Part shown: piece by piece, positions 1-9,930 of the stretch
How the letters are laid out: each line of letters opens with the position of its first letter
How positions within the stretch are numbered: position 1 is the stretch's first letter
Assembly (NCBI RefSeq): GCF_934668725.1
Contig: NZ_CAKUOF010000017.1
Location: 3,336 to 67,335 of the forward strand
Source: an uncultured Dysgonomonas sp.
GTDB lineage: Bacteria > Bacteroidota > Bacteroidia > Bacteroidales > Dysgonomonadaceae
Direction: 5' to 3'
DNA length: 64,000 nt
Made by a program: the position numbers and the translations under genes
Notes under the pieces: model-generated
Told to the model about the DNA's origin: nothing
The model's database searches: none
Seen by the model: only the letters and a program-made list of their open reading frames with translations

Positions 1-384
1 AAAGAAGTCTCTGAAAAAGTTATTTCGGCTCACACATCCTCGAACTTAAATTGGAGGTATGCCGAAAATGTAAATTATTTAAAAAAGATCATTGAAATAG
101 GGAAAAAGAAGAATGCCAAAACTATTTTTGTTACAATACCTGCACATATATCATTTGTAAAGCTGCTTAACCAAAAGCAATTGAAGATATTACACTCAAC
201 AGCAGATGAGTTAGCCGATAACAAAGATGTGTTTTACTATGATTGCTTAAACGATTTTAATAACAGTACCAGCAACAAAAATTTTAAGCTATTCTTTGAT
301 TCGGATCATTTAAGCTATCTTGGTGCCGAAGTATTTAGCCATAAGTTAGATTCAATAATTAAGGTTTTAGACAAAAGAAATTAA
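1..384 (+). CDS. 3' end of a CDS that begins upstream of the window; possible SGNH/GDSL-like hydrolase C-terminus
   Basis: Frame 1 is open from nt 1 to the stop at 382-384, so only the C-terminal ~127 aa are visible. The D-x-x-H motif near the C-terminus (FFDSDHLSYLG) is typical of the SGNH catalytic dyad. The functional call is weak. Confidence 0.35.
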   Translation, partial: KEVSEKVISAHTSSNLNWRYAENVNYLKKIIEIGKKKNAKTIFVTIPAHISFVKLLNQKQLKILHSTADELADNKDVFYYDCLNDFNNSTSNKNFKLFFDSDHLSYLGAEVFSHKLDSIIKVLDKRN

Positions 385-1070
385 ATTTTTGATTTTGTCG
401 CTCTTAACATTTCCCTTTTTCCCGGAGGACCAGGTAAACGCTCTACATTATATCCAGCCTGTAATAACATACGCCTCACAACTCCTTTCGCACAATAAGT
501 CGTAAGAATACCGTCTTCACTTGTTAAAGTATATAAGGTATCAAATATTTCTTGTGACCACATCTCCGGCTGCTTCTCCGGTGCAAAAGCATCAAAGTAG
601 ACTATATCAAAAGTGATATCAGAAAGGAAAGAAGAATCTAGTTTACTAAAATCAGTTCGAATCTTTGTAAGATAAAAATGGGGGGTGATCTCATTCTTTA
701 TGTCCCAATCACAAGCGTGCAGTTGTATATAGTATTCTTTTATTTCGGGCTTATCACTTTCCACATAATTTAATTGTCTGATTATCTCCATTGGTAATGG
801 GTAAAGTTCTAGACTTGTGTAATCTATTCTTTTGTTTGTATCTTGTGCTACACACAAAGAGAGATAGGCATTAAGCCCTGTTCCAAAACCAATTTCAAGA
901 ATTTTTATATCATCCTTTGACGAATGTAATAAACCTGCTTTTATAAATATATGATCGGATTCTTGTTTTGCTCCATTTACCGAATGATAATGCTCATTAA
1001 GAGTGGGAACAAAAAGTGTATGAGAACCATCTTTTGTTAATTCTATTTTTACTTCCTGTTCCATTATCAA
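381..1070 (-). CDS. mnmD: tRNA (mnm5s2U34) methyltransferase MnmD-like (SAM-dependent, DUF752 family)
   Basis: 229 aa. Motifs IGFGTGLN and YFDAFAPEKQPEMWS match the MnmC methyltransferase domain / MnmD family. Its stop overlaps the stop of the convergent ORF at 1-384 by 4 nt. Confidence 0.65.
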   Translation of the reverse strand: MIMEQEVKIELTKDGSHTLFVPTLNEHYHSVNGAKQESDHIFIKAGLLHSSKDDIKILEIGFGTGLNAYLSLCVAQDTNKRIDYTSLELYPLPMEIIRQLNYVESDKPEIKEYYIQLHACDWDIKNEITPHFYLTKIRTDFSKLDSSFLSDITFDIVYFDAFAPEKQPEMWSQEIFDTLYTLTSEDGILTTYCAKGVVRRMLLQAGYNVERLPGPPGKREMLRATKSKI

Positions 1071-1087
1071 TTCAACTTATACGAGTA

Positions 1088-1567
1088 TTATATTTTTTCA
1101 ATTAATGCCACAGCATAGGATGAAAAGCCCTCTTCTCGACCAACAAATCCCATTTTCTCTGAAGTTGTCGCTTTGATCGATATATCGTCTATATCTATCT
1201 CTAAAATATCAGCCATTACTTGTTGCATTTGAGGTATATGAGGATTTATTTTAGGTTGTTCGGCACAGATCGTTGCATCTATATTTCCTATTCTATATCC
1301 CTTTTCAGTAAGTACTTCCAATGTTTTTTTTAGTAGTAATTTGCTATCTACATCTTTATATTCTTTAGCTGTATCCGGAAAATGAAACCCTATATCTCTG
1401 AGGTTAGCTGCACCCAATAAAGCATCGCAAATAGCATGAATAAGTACATCTGCATCAGAATGTCCCATTAATCCTTTTTCAAAATCAATTTTCACTCCAC
1501 CCAGCCATAAGTCACGACCTTCTACCAAACGATGGACATCATATCCAAACCCTACACGTATCTTCAT
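1088..1567 (-). CDS. ispF: 2-C-methyl-D-erythritol 2,4-cyclodiphosphate synthase
   Basis: MKIRVGFGYDVHRL...GHSDADVLIHAI is the canonical IspF N-terminus with a Zn-binding D-x-H. The ORF track starts at 1621 via an upstream in-frame start, but the ATG at 1567 (MKIRVG) matches IspF family length (~159 aa). Confidence 0.85.
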   Translation of the reverse strand: MKIRVGFGYDVHRLVEGRDLWLGGVKIDFEKGLMGHSDADVLIHAICDALLGAANLRDIGFHFPDTAKEYKDVDSKLLLKKTLEVLTEKGYRIGNIDATICAEQPKINPHIPQMQQVMADILEIDIDDISIKATTSEKMGFVGREEGFSSYAVALIEKI

Positions 1568-1682
1568 TATAATTCTTCGATAAATATTGTAAAAGTAATT
1601 CTTCACTAATAAAGTTAGCAATTACCTTATTAAATACACTAATTTAAAACTTACACTAAGATAATATGATTAATATTTTCAA

Positions 1683-2867
1683 TTATTTAAATAGATTTCT
1701 CAAACCATCCATGTCAAATCCCAGCGAAAAGCGGATTGTCTGATCTAAAGGATTAGATTCTGCTGTTGAAATTAAGTATGCTGCATCAAGTTGAAATACA
1801 TTCATTTTGAAACCTGCTCCAAATGAAAAATATTTTCGATTACCTTGTCTTTCACTTTCATGAAAGTACCCACCTCTAACCATAAACTGATTATTGTATG
1901 CATATTCCATACCTGCAGACCATGCTATTTCTTCCAGCTCCCCTCTAAATCCATAAGGGGAATCGGTAAAAGACTTAAATATACCTCTAATAGGTGATGT
2001 ATCAGCCACTTCTCTTTGTCGTGCTTGAAAAGCATCATCACTTTCCGTCTCTCCTTGTACAGGGCGAGACGGAACTAAAAGTTTATTCAAATCCATACTA
2101 AATGCCAAGGTATTATATTCATCCAAAGGATATGTAAGAGATGCTCCCAATCTCATATTTGTTGGAAGAAAATAACTGTTAGCCCCTCCATCCATTGATA
2201 TTTTTGAGCCAATGTTTGATATATTGAAACCTAGCCCTAACAAACTCTCTGCGGAACCAATCATTACATACGATTCATTATACCCGGATATGTCGGCTGC
2301 AAAAGCATTACCGGGCGTTGTACCATCATCAACCGATGTAGTATAATCTGTACGAATATACCGCATGGCAACACCACCTGAAAATGTTTGTGTTAGTTTA
2401 CGCGAGTAGGCTACATCAAAAGCCATTTCATAAGGAGATACCACTGATCCGAATTGTCCATTTAAGTCAACTTCGGGTATATCACCAACCGAGAAATAAC
2501 GGATTGAAGCACTTATTGCCTGATTATCCTCATTCCCGAATTTATAAAAGCCTGAAGCATATACCAAAGCTATATCCTTTACAATTTTACGTAACCAAGG
2601 AGTGTACGACATTGATATTCCAGCTTTAGTTTCGAGAAACGCATATTTTGCAGGGTTCCAATGTTGTGAATAAAGATCGGGTAAAGTAGCTGCTCCAACA
2701 TCTCCCAAACCTCCTCCTCTTGCATCAGGTGCAATCGTTAACGATGGAACCGCTGTTATAGGAGGATTAGCTAACTTTTGTGCATATCCTGTAAATGCAA
2801 TAAACAGGAAAAGAGGTGCAAATAAATATTTCTTACTAATTTTTATCATAAGTTTAAGCATTATCAT
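1683..2867 (-). CDS. porV: T9SS outer-membrane shuttle protein PorV (LptO), FadL-like beta-barrel
   Basis: 394 aa with an N-terminal signal peptide (…FIAFTGYAQ) and beta-barrel-like alternating hydrophobicity. It lies directly downstream of porU on the same strand, matching the porU-porV pairing of P. gingivalis PG0026-PG0027 and Fjoh_1556-1555. Size matches PorV (~390 aa). Confidence 0.65.
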   Translation of the reverse strand: MIMLKLMIKISKKYLFAPLFLFIAFTGYAQKLANPPITAVPSLTIAPDARGGGLGDVGAATLPDLYSQHWNPAKYAFLETKAGISMSYTPWLRKIVKDIALVYASGFYKFGNEDNQAISASIRYFSVGDIPEVDLNGQFGSVVSPYEMAFDVAYSRKLTQTFSGGVAMRYIRTDYTTSVDDGTTPGNAFAADISGYNESYVMIGSAESLLGLGFNISNIGSKISMDGGANSYFLPTNMRLGASLTYPLDEYNTLAFSMDLNKLLVPSRPVQGETESDDAFQARQREVADTSPIRGIFKSFTDSPYGFRGELEEIAWSAGMEYAYNNQFMVRGGYFHESERQGNRKYFSFGAGFKMNVFQLDAAYLISTAESNPLDQTIRFSLGFDMDGLRNLFK

Positions 2868-2923
2868 TATTCTATCAAGACCTTAGATCGTTTTGTATTT
2901 TGGATAAAAAAGAAAATTCAGAT

Positions 2924-5900
2924 TTAGTGAGTAACTATTAATTTTTGAGACTTAATGGACGAAAGTTTTCCATTGAGACTTACTTGTGCCGTACAAATAT
3001 AAACACCCGGGCTTAAACGTGAACCACCGGAGTCATTCAAATTCCAATTATAAGAATATCGTTCCATATAATCTGCATTTTTCTCTTCATGTACCCACAT
3101 AAGAGCTCCTGTTAACGAATAAACCGATATCTTCACATCGATATTTGTGCCAGGGGTATTTGTGTTCAGCACAAAATTGGTTTCATCTCTTGCCGGATTA
3201 CCCCATATTTCGAAATTATATACTGCCGGTTTGAAGTCGTTACTAATAATAAAATCAATAGTCTGACTTGCGGAGTTGTTCCAAACATCCCAAACTCTTA
3301 GTTCCAAAGTATGGTATCCTTCATCTAGCTCAGGAAATTGATACTTTATACTTCCTTTTTTTGTTGAATTATCAGCATTTTCAAAATAAGGGGTCATATC
3401 AATCTCTGTCCGATTATTAAGAATAAGTACCATATTATGTCCTATACCACTTGATAAATTTATTCCTGTATCATCCGATATATCAGCAAAGAAGAGAGGT
3501 GTAGAGTTTACATGATCTCCGTTTTTAAATTGTGGAGAATTCAAAAACATGTTTGAAATAACAGGAGGATTGGTTTCTTCGGGCAGATTTGTATTTGTTC
3601 CTCCTACTGTATAGTTATAAAAAGAACCTTGGGCTTTTTTATCCCCTGGCTCATTATGGGCATAAAAACTCATTTTGCCCTTCCCGCCGGTATATAAAAT
3701 ATCTTTAGGAGCAACAAAGTTTATTTCAAATGCACCTTCTTTAATTTCAACACTACCCGAAAATAAAGTATTCGTATAATCTTTATAGCTCATGGCAACC
3801 TCTTCACTTAAACCCTCAGGAGTATTACCTCTAGTTCTTAGGGTTTGTTCCGAATCAAATATGACCGATTCTAATTTACCATTAAAATCTGTCACTATCC
3901 CTCCATTCTGATTGACAATATTTCCTTTGATAATTATATTATCTAAGGCCCGTATATTAAGGTCTTTTTCATCAGCAGCCAGCCCATTCATTTCTGTAAC
4001 TTCAACGCGGTAAGTCTCATCCGGATAATTTAATTTCAATGCAGGATCTCCTAATAATTGAAACTTAAGCTTATTCATGTCCTTCAACATGTCTTTTTCC
4101 AATTTCGCATTACGAATTATATCTCCCATACGGGCTGCTTTTCCATCTTTAGGTTTCAACAAGTGCTTCGTTATATTATTATTCATAAGAGTGTTATCAA
4201 CAATAAATACAACTCTTACCGTAGAAAATAGAGCGATAGCACCTCCATTAGGATTCAACAAAGCAACTCCTCCCCCTGAAGTATCATCTGCATCAAAACG
4301 ACTAAAATCACAAGTTGCAGTTATCCATAGAGGTAATCTGTTATTATTCATTGAAGTTATATCCGAAAGTTTTAATAAGAACTCATGAGTCCAAGAATCT
4401 GTAGCACCATGGCCTATAAAATTCAATGCCAAAGTTCCTCTGCTGATACGATCAAGCACGGCTTGCGTAGCATCAGGATAACGAGCCCCATTGGCTCCTA
4501 CTATTCTTTCATACGAATCTTCATAAATACGGTTTAATATAAAGTCAGGATGGTTGGCTGCTGTATAAGTAGCAAACCTTTCGGCATCGAGCATATGCCC
4601 TCTCTCCGATGCGATTGAATGATTGGGGGCAATTGCATCATCTGCAATAAAAGTTATATTATTTTGCCATATTCCCCTATTTGAATTCTCTATATATGCG
4701 GCTATTTTATTTACAGCTATTTGAGCTTCGTTTTCAGTTCTCACAGGCAAACGTCCTATAGAAATATCGAGTTTGTCTAAAGCTAAATCACGTCCTTCAT
4801 TGTCATCCAAAAAGCCTAAATAATCATCAGTCACATAAGAAGCTGTCTCCTGTAAAGACTCTTCCGTTTGATAAGTCAAAAGCATTGACTTTTTATTTTC
4901 AGCAGTCCAATTAGATTGAATAAAGCGATTATCAAATGTACCTCCTCCAAAAAGGAAAAGATATTTAGGCCTATCTTCTTCAGAGGTACTTCTGTCATAG
5001 AACATTTTTACAAACCGACGATATGCAGTTATATCGGGGTTTCCAGATGAAAACTCATTATAAATATCATCCGGACTAACAATTAACGATCTTAAACCTT
5101 CCTTCTCATGCAATCTGGCAACTTGTTCTGCATAAGATTTCAAAAATGGTTGAACTATAATTATCATATCAGGACTTGTACTTGCATGCAAGTTCTGATT
5201 CGTCACTTTACCCACAAGAGTCGGGGAAGGAATTGTTTGAGAAATATCGACTAAAGCATATTCATGTATATCGGTATTAGATGCACCGAAACTTAATGTT
5301 GTACCCGACAACGACGCATCAATTTTTCTAACTGTCGTATTGTCCGTAACATCCCAGACCAACATAGAGTTACTGGCTTCGGAAATATTGAACTGAATAT
5401 CTCCCCTATTTGTTTTATTACGAAACAAAGTTACAGTTCCATACGGTTTCAATACTCGCTGATAATTTACTGTAATATAATTAAGATAAAGATTCTGATC
5501 GTTTGTCCATCCTTTTTTATAAGTAAGATTCAATATTGACTTGTTTCGCAAATTTGATCTGACTATTGTATCATTTATTGTAGTCGCCTTGGTATAATAT
5601 TCGTTAGTTACTTCTGTCTTATGACTTTTTACCAGTCCACCATCTACAGACACGCTCAGCATGCCTACAGGTACTGTGACTCTCGATATAAAATCATATC
5701 TTATAGTAGCAGGTGCAGAAGTTACCCCTTCGAGAGGTAGTGTAAAATCCTGAGAAGTTTTAGTTTTAAAGCTTTCTCCAAAAAATTTGCGACCGGTTTC
5801 GGCTATATTTACAAGCTCTTTCTCATGTAAATAATAGTCATCAAAAGTGTTAACAGAACTCGACGCGGAAGAAGATGCCTGAGTAGTCATTAGTTTAGGC

Positions 5901-6394
5901 TGATCCGGGGACTCTGTAACAAAATAGTAAGCAACCTCATCTGCTTTAGTATCACTATTCTTAGAATACGGATTTTGTTCATGGACAAATTCTTTCAGTT
6001 TTTCATCATATATCCATTTAATACCACCACGGGCATAAAACAATATATAATCTCCTTTTCCAAAATTAGCTTGGTCTTTACTCATCCAGATAGAAACCTG
6101 AGGAAGATCATCTATGTAAGATTTTGTAAAATCTTCATCCAGAATCCAACCTCCGTAACCATATATCTTTACATTTTGGGGATTGGATAACCCTATTTTT
6201 GCTAATTCCTCATACGTTAGTTTATACACACCGGTAGCCGGTACTTTTATTTTATACCAGTTTCCTTGTGATAATACAGAATTAGCAGCATATCTACTAC
6301 CATCATTATCAACTGCAAAGAGTCTTATGAAGGAACAGATACTGAAAAAAAGTAGTGTATAGAAATATCTTTGCAACAGTTTTTGTCTTAACAT
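2924..6394 (-). CDS. porU: T9SS C-terminal signal peptidase PorU (gingipain-like C25-type cysteine peptidase)
   Basis: ~1156 aa from the ATG at 6394 (MLRQKLLQRYFYTLLFFSICSFIRLFA signal peptide). The ORF track extends to a GTG at 6418. His (FIGHGATDSW) and Cys (WITATCDFSRFD) motifs match a C25/gingipain-type catalytic dyad. Size equals P. gingivalis PorU (1158 aa). The FAH gene upstream and porV downstream match the PG0025-0027 order. Confidence 0.75.
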   Translation of the reverse strand: MLRQKLLQRYFYTLLFFSICSFIRLFAVDNDGSRYAANSVLSQGNWYKIKVPATGVYKLTYEELAKIGLSNPQNVKIYGYGGWILDEDFTKSYIDDLPQVSIWMSKDQANFGKGDYILFYARGGIKWIYDEKLKEFVHEQNPYSKNSDTKADEVAYYFVTESPDQPKLMTTQASSSASSSVNTFDDYYLHEKELVNIAETGRKFFGESFKTKTSQDFTLPLEGVTSAPATIRYDFISRVTVPVGMLSVSVDGGLVKSHKTEVTNEYYTKATTINDTIVRSNLRNKSILNLTYKKGWTNDQNLYLNYITVNYQRVLKPYGTVTLFRNKTNRGDIQFNISEASNSMLVWDVTDNTTVRKIDASLSGTTLSFGASNTDIHEYALVDISQTIPSPTLVGKVTNQNLHASTSPDMIIIVQPFLKSYAEQVARLHEKEGLRSLIVSPDDIYNEFSSGNPDITAYRRFVKMFYDRSTSEEDRPKYLFLFGGGTFDNRFIQSNWTAENKKSMLLTYQTEESLQETASYVTDDYLGFLDDNEGRDLALDKLDISIGRLPVRTENEAQIAVNKIAAYIENSNRGIWQNNITFIADDAIAPNHSIASERGHMLDAERFATYTAANHPDFILNRIYEDSYERIVGANGARYPDATQAVLDRISRGTLALNFIGHGATDSWTHEFLLKLSDITSMNNNRLPLWITATCDFSRFDADDTSGGGVALLNPNGGAIALFSTVRVVFIVDNTLMNNNITKHLLKPKDGKAARMGDIIRNAKLEKDMLKDMNKLKFQLLGDPALKLNYPDETYRVEVTEMNGLAADEKDLNIRALDNIIIKGNIVNQNGGIVTDFNGKLESVIFDSEQTLRTRGNTPEGLSEEVAMSYKDYTNTLFSGSVEIKEGAFEINFVAPKDILYTGGKGKMSFYAHNEPGDKKAQGSFYNYTVGGTNTNLPEETNPPVISNMFLNSPQFKNGDHVNSTPLFFADISDDTGINLSSGIGHNMVLILNNRTEIDMTPYFENADNSTKKGSIKYQFPELDEGYHTLELRVWDVWNNSASQTIDFIISNDFKPAVYNFEIWGNPARDETNFVLNTNTPGTNIDVKISVYSLTGALMWVHEEKNADYMERYSYNWNLNDSGGSRLSPGVYICTAQVSLNGKLSSIKSQKLIVTH

Positions 6395-6440
6395 ATAAAT
6401 TAAGGTCTCAGACCTCACTATTACTTATAATATATTCATG

Positions 6441-7064
6441 TTAGCGTACATAAAAATCAAACAGTTTCTTGTCGTCCAAAAAACCCTCCAAGTGATCGTC
6501 AATATCGACACGTCCCACTCCAGCCGGAGTCCCAGTAAATATAATATCGCCGATCTTCAATGTAAAGAAACGGCTCACGTAAGCTATTATTTTATCAACT
6601 GAGTGAATCATATCAGAGGAATTTCCTATTTGAACCTGATTACTATTCTTAAGTAACTCAAATTTCAAATTATCCATAGAACTGGAAAGGTCCTCTTTGG
6701 AAACAAACTCTCCTATTACAGCTGAGTTATCAAAACCTTTAGAAAGCTCCCAAGGAAGTCCTTTCAATTTTAACTCTGACTGCAAATCTCTTGCTGTAAA
6801 ATCTATTCCCACAGTCAGCTCGTCATAATAACGATGAGCAAACCTTTCTGCAATATTCTTACCTAATCTGTTTATGCGTATTACAATTTCGACTTCATGA
6901 TGAATATCATTCGAAAAATCCGGTATAAAAAAAGGTTTATTATCTTTCAATAAAGCAGAATCGGGTTTTATGAAAATAACCGGGTTATCGGTAGTAGCAG
7001 AATCAGCCCTCCCCATCTCATGATTATGCTTCTGATAATTAAGACCTACGCAAATAATCTTCAT
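6441..7064 (-). CDS. fumarylacetoacetate hydrolase (FAH) family protein
   Basis: 207 aa. MKIICVGLNYQKH... with a conserved FAH-fold C-terminus (TGTPAGVG). Occupies the same position as PG0025 upstream of porU. Confidence 0.75.
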   Translation of the reverse strand: MKIICVGLNYQKHNHEMGRADSATTDNPVIFIKPDSALLKDNKPFFIPDFSNDIHHEVEIVIRINRLGKNIAERFAHRYYDELTVGIDFTARDLQSELKLKGLPWELSKGFDNSAVIGEFVSKEDLSSSMDNLKFELLKNSNQVQIGNSSDMIHSVDKIIAYVSRFFTLKIGDIIFTGTPAGVGRVDIDDHLEGFLDDKKLFDFYVR

Positions 7065-7274
7065 CCTTAATGTGTCAAATTAGAATACAATATACAGAAT
7101 TTGCAAAGATAAAAATATTTTCCTACTAAAATGACGATATTAATGGATACAACACTTATTATTATACATAAAACCCTAAAGAATCAAAAAAATAGATACA
7201 ATTGTATAACTCATATCTACCATTATATCTATATTTGTACTGCAATTTGTTATATTTATTTTATCCCACAGACT

Positions 7275-7904
7275 ATGAATACCTTGGAAAAAATGACAGC
7301 AGAAAAGCTGCTTAGGATTAAGGCTATAAAGCTTCAACCATCAAATCCGTTTACATGGGCGTCCGGATGGAAGTCTCCCATATATTGCGATAATAGGAAA
7401 CTTTTCTCTTATCCAGCAATCCGCAATTTCGTAAAAATCGAGCTTAGTCGTTTGGCTATGGAAAAATACCCTGATGCCGATGCTGTAGCAGGTGTAGCAA
7501 CGGGAGCTATCACTCCGGGAGCATTAGTTGCCGATGCACTAGGTTTACCTTTTGTATATGTACGTGCGACACCCAAAGATCACGGATTGGAAAACCTTAT
7601 TGAAGGCGAATTGAAACCCAACAGCAAAGTATTGGTCATAGAAGATCTGATCTCAACCGGAGGAAGCAGCCTTAAAGCCGTGGAGGCTATTAAGAGAGAT
7701 GGTTCTGAAGTAATCGGTATGATTGCCATATTTAACTATGGTTTACCAATTTCAAAAGAAAATTTCACGAAATCAGGTGTAGAGCTTACCACGCTTACCA
7801 ATTACGATGCAGTATTAGGTGAAGCGTTAAGAATCGATTATATAGACGAATCGGAGCTTGAAACACTTCAGGAATGGAAAAAAGATCCTGCAAACTGGAA
7901 ATAA
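7275..7904 (+). CDS. pyrE: orotate phosphoribosyltransferase
   Basis: PRPP-binding motif VLVIEDLISTGGS with a type I PRTase fold. The ORF track begins at 7131, but the ATG at 7275 (MNTLEKMTAEKLL) gives the canonical ~210 aa. Nt 7131-7274 are AT-rich leader with low-complexity translation. Confidence 0.85.
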   Translation: MNTLEKMTAEKLLRIKAIKLQPSNPFTWASGWKSPIYCDNRKLFSYPAIRNFVKIELSRLAMEKYPDADAVAGVATGAITPGALVADALGLPFVYVRATPKDHGLENLIEGELKPNSKVLVIEDLISTGGSSLKAVEAIKRDGSEVIGMIAIFNYGLPISKENFTKSGVELTTLTNYDAVLGEALRIDYIDESELETLQEWKKDPANWK

Positions 7905-7986
7905 GGTTACAAACCTTTTTTCCTCCTTTTGCAAGGACTATAGTTAGAATCTTTGATAGTACTTTTATTTACTTAATATCGTAAAA

Positions 7987-8415
7987 ATGGCAGAATATAT
8001 CAGCGATATAAAAACAATACCTTATTCGGATCAGGATGTTTTTTCGGTTTTATCAGACCTGAGAAAATTAGACTTGATTAAAGACAAAATACCTCAGGAC
8101 AAAATCAAAGATTTTTCATATGATCAAGATTCTTGTACCGTAACAGTAGACCCAATTGGCAAAGTTCGATTTGTTATTGTGGAACGTGAACCTAATTCTA
8201 CCATTAAATTTGAAGCAGAACAACTTCCTTTCAAATTGAATTTATGGATTCAATTGAAACAATCTACTACAGAAGAAACAAAAATGAAGCTGACCGTAAA
8301 AGCTGACATAAATGCTTTCTTAAAACCCATGATATCTAAACCATTGCAAAATGGGCTTGATAAAATGGCTGAGACATTGGCCACTATACCTTATGGTGAT
8401 TTAGCCGGAAAGTAA
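7987..8415 (+). CDS. SRPBCC (START/Bet v1-like) family protein
   Basis: 142 aa. Conserved small protein found between pyrE and argH in Bacteroides-type genomes. The call rests on recalled family similarity only. Confidence 0.45.
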   Translation: MAEYISDIKTIPYSDQDVFSVLSDLRKLDLIKDKIPQDKIKDFSYDQDSCTVTVDPIGKVRFVIVEREPNSTIKFEAEQLPFKLNLWIQLKQSTTEETKMKLTVKADINAFLKPMISKPLQNGLDKMAETLATIPYGDLAGK

Positions 8416-8491
8416 GGGTCGATGACCCTTTTGTTGTTTTGGGAATACTGAATAAATAATTGAAATTGCTTAATTAAGGAAAAGTTGACGA

Positions 8492-9832
8492 ATGAAACTT
8501 TGGCAAAAAAATACACTGGTTAATAAAGATATAGAAGAGTATACGGTTGGTCACGATAGAGAAATGGATTTATATCTGGCAAAACATGATGTAATGGGCT
8601 CTATGGCTCACATAACCATGCTCGAATCAATCGGATTACTTGCAAAAGAGGAATTACATATCCTACTTAAAGAGCTCAAATCAATATATAATACAATAGA
8701 AGAAGGTCATTTTACCATAGAAAATGATGTAGAAGACGTTCACTCACAAATAGAATTAATACTTACCCGTAAATTGGGCGATGTGGGGAAAAAGATTCAC
8801 AGCGGCCGTTCGAGAAACGATCAGGTACTGGTCGATCTAAAACTTTTCACCAGAGAGCAAATTAAAACTGTAGTAGAATCGGTATCAGATCTTATCGAGA
8901 TACTTTTACAACAAAGCGAAAAGTATAAAAATGTCCTCATACCCGGTTATACTCACTTACAAATAGCAATGCCATCGTCATTCGGATTGTGGTTTGGCGC
9001 TTATGCAGAGAGCCTTGTTGATGATTTACAGTTACTTCTGGCTGCATTTAAAATTTGTAACCGAAACCCTTTAGGCTCTGCTGCCGGATATGGTTCTTCA
9101 TTCCCATTAAACAGGCAATTAACAACAGATTTGTTAGGATTCGATTCTATGAATTACAATGTTGTATATGCTCAGATGGGAAGAGGTAAGATGGAACGTA
9201 CCGTAGGCTTTGCCATCGCTGGCATAGCGGCAACCCTATCTAAACTATCTTTTGATGCATGTATGTATAATAGTCAGAACTTTGGATTTATAAAATTACC
9301 CGACGAATATACTACAGGATCGAGTATTATGCCTCACAAAAAAAATCCTGATGTATTTGAACTTTCGCGTGCAAAATGTAACAAGCTGCAAGCATTACCA
9401 ACAGAAATCACTTTGATAACCAATAACCTTCCTTCAGGCTACTTTAGAGACATGCAGCTTATCAAAGAAATCTTCTTGCCTTCTTTTGATGAGCTAAATA
9501 ACTGCATTTCTATGATTGGTCGTATGATAAGCGAGATTAGAGTAAATGAAGAGGCTATCAATGATGACAAATACATCTATATATTTAGTGTAGAAGAGGT
9601 CAACCGCTTAGTATTAGAAGGCATGCCTTTCAGGGATGCTTATAAGAAAGTAGGTTTGGATATAGAAAGCGGTAAATTCTCACACAACCGACAAGTGAAT
9701 CATACCCACGAAGGCAGTATAGGTAATTTATGCAATGAAAAAATAGAATTATTAAGACAAAATATAGTAGATCAGTTTGATTTCTCCTCAATAGAGGCTG
9801 CCGAATCAAAATTATTAAACTCTGCCAATTAA
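8492..9832 (+). CDS. argH: argininosuccinate lyase
   Basis: 446 aa with a fumarase/aspartase-family signature region (GSSIMPHKKNPDVFE). Confidence 0.9.
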   Translation: MKLWQKNTLVNKDIEEYTVGHDREMDLYLAKHDVMGSMAHITMLESIGLLAKEELHILLKELKSIYNTIEEGHFTIENDVEDVHSQIELILTRKLGDVGKKIHSGRSRNDQVLVDLKLFTREQIKTVVESVSDLIEILLQQSEKYKNVLIPGYTHLQIAMPSSFGLWFGAYAESLVDDLQLLLAAFKICNRNPLGSAAGYGSSFPLNRQLTTDLLGFDSMNYNVVYAQMGRGKMERTVGFAIAGIAATLSKLSFDACMYNSQNFGFIKLPDEYTTGSSIMPHKKNPDVFELSRAKCNKLQALPTEITLITNNLPSGYFRDMQLIKEIFLPSFDELNNCISMIGRMISEIRVNEEAINDDKYIYIFSVEEVNRLVLEGMPFRDAYKKVGLDIESGKFSHNRQVNHTHEGSIGNLCNEKIELLRQNIVDQFDFSSIEAAESKLLNSAN

Positions 9833-9930
9833 GGTCAAAGAGACTTTATTATTGCTTCGGTAAGTATAATAACTAGAGCTAGTTCTCTATATAAACGTAG
9901 TATTAAATTTACACTACTTAAAATTTAAGA

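Noticed and set aside
2384-2629. Short + strand ORFs embedded antisense in porV, porU, serB, nrdJ, the PL8 gene, nuo genes, flotillin and the giant ORF (e.g. 2384-2629, 4077-4388, 10455-10769, 13446-13824, 15464-16448, 41044-41310, 50346-51357, 53706-54487)
   Set aside because: All lie fully inside, and opposite to, long well-supported CDSs. They have low-complexity or biased composition (Ser/Phe/Ile-rich) and no start context. They are treated as frame shadows, not genes.
7131-7274. N-terminal 48-aa extension of the pyrE ORF
   Set aside because: The translation (…IYHYIYICTAICYIYFIPQT) is low-complexity AT-rich leader. The canonical PyrE N-terminus begins at the ATG at 7275.
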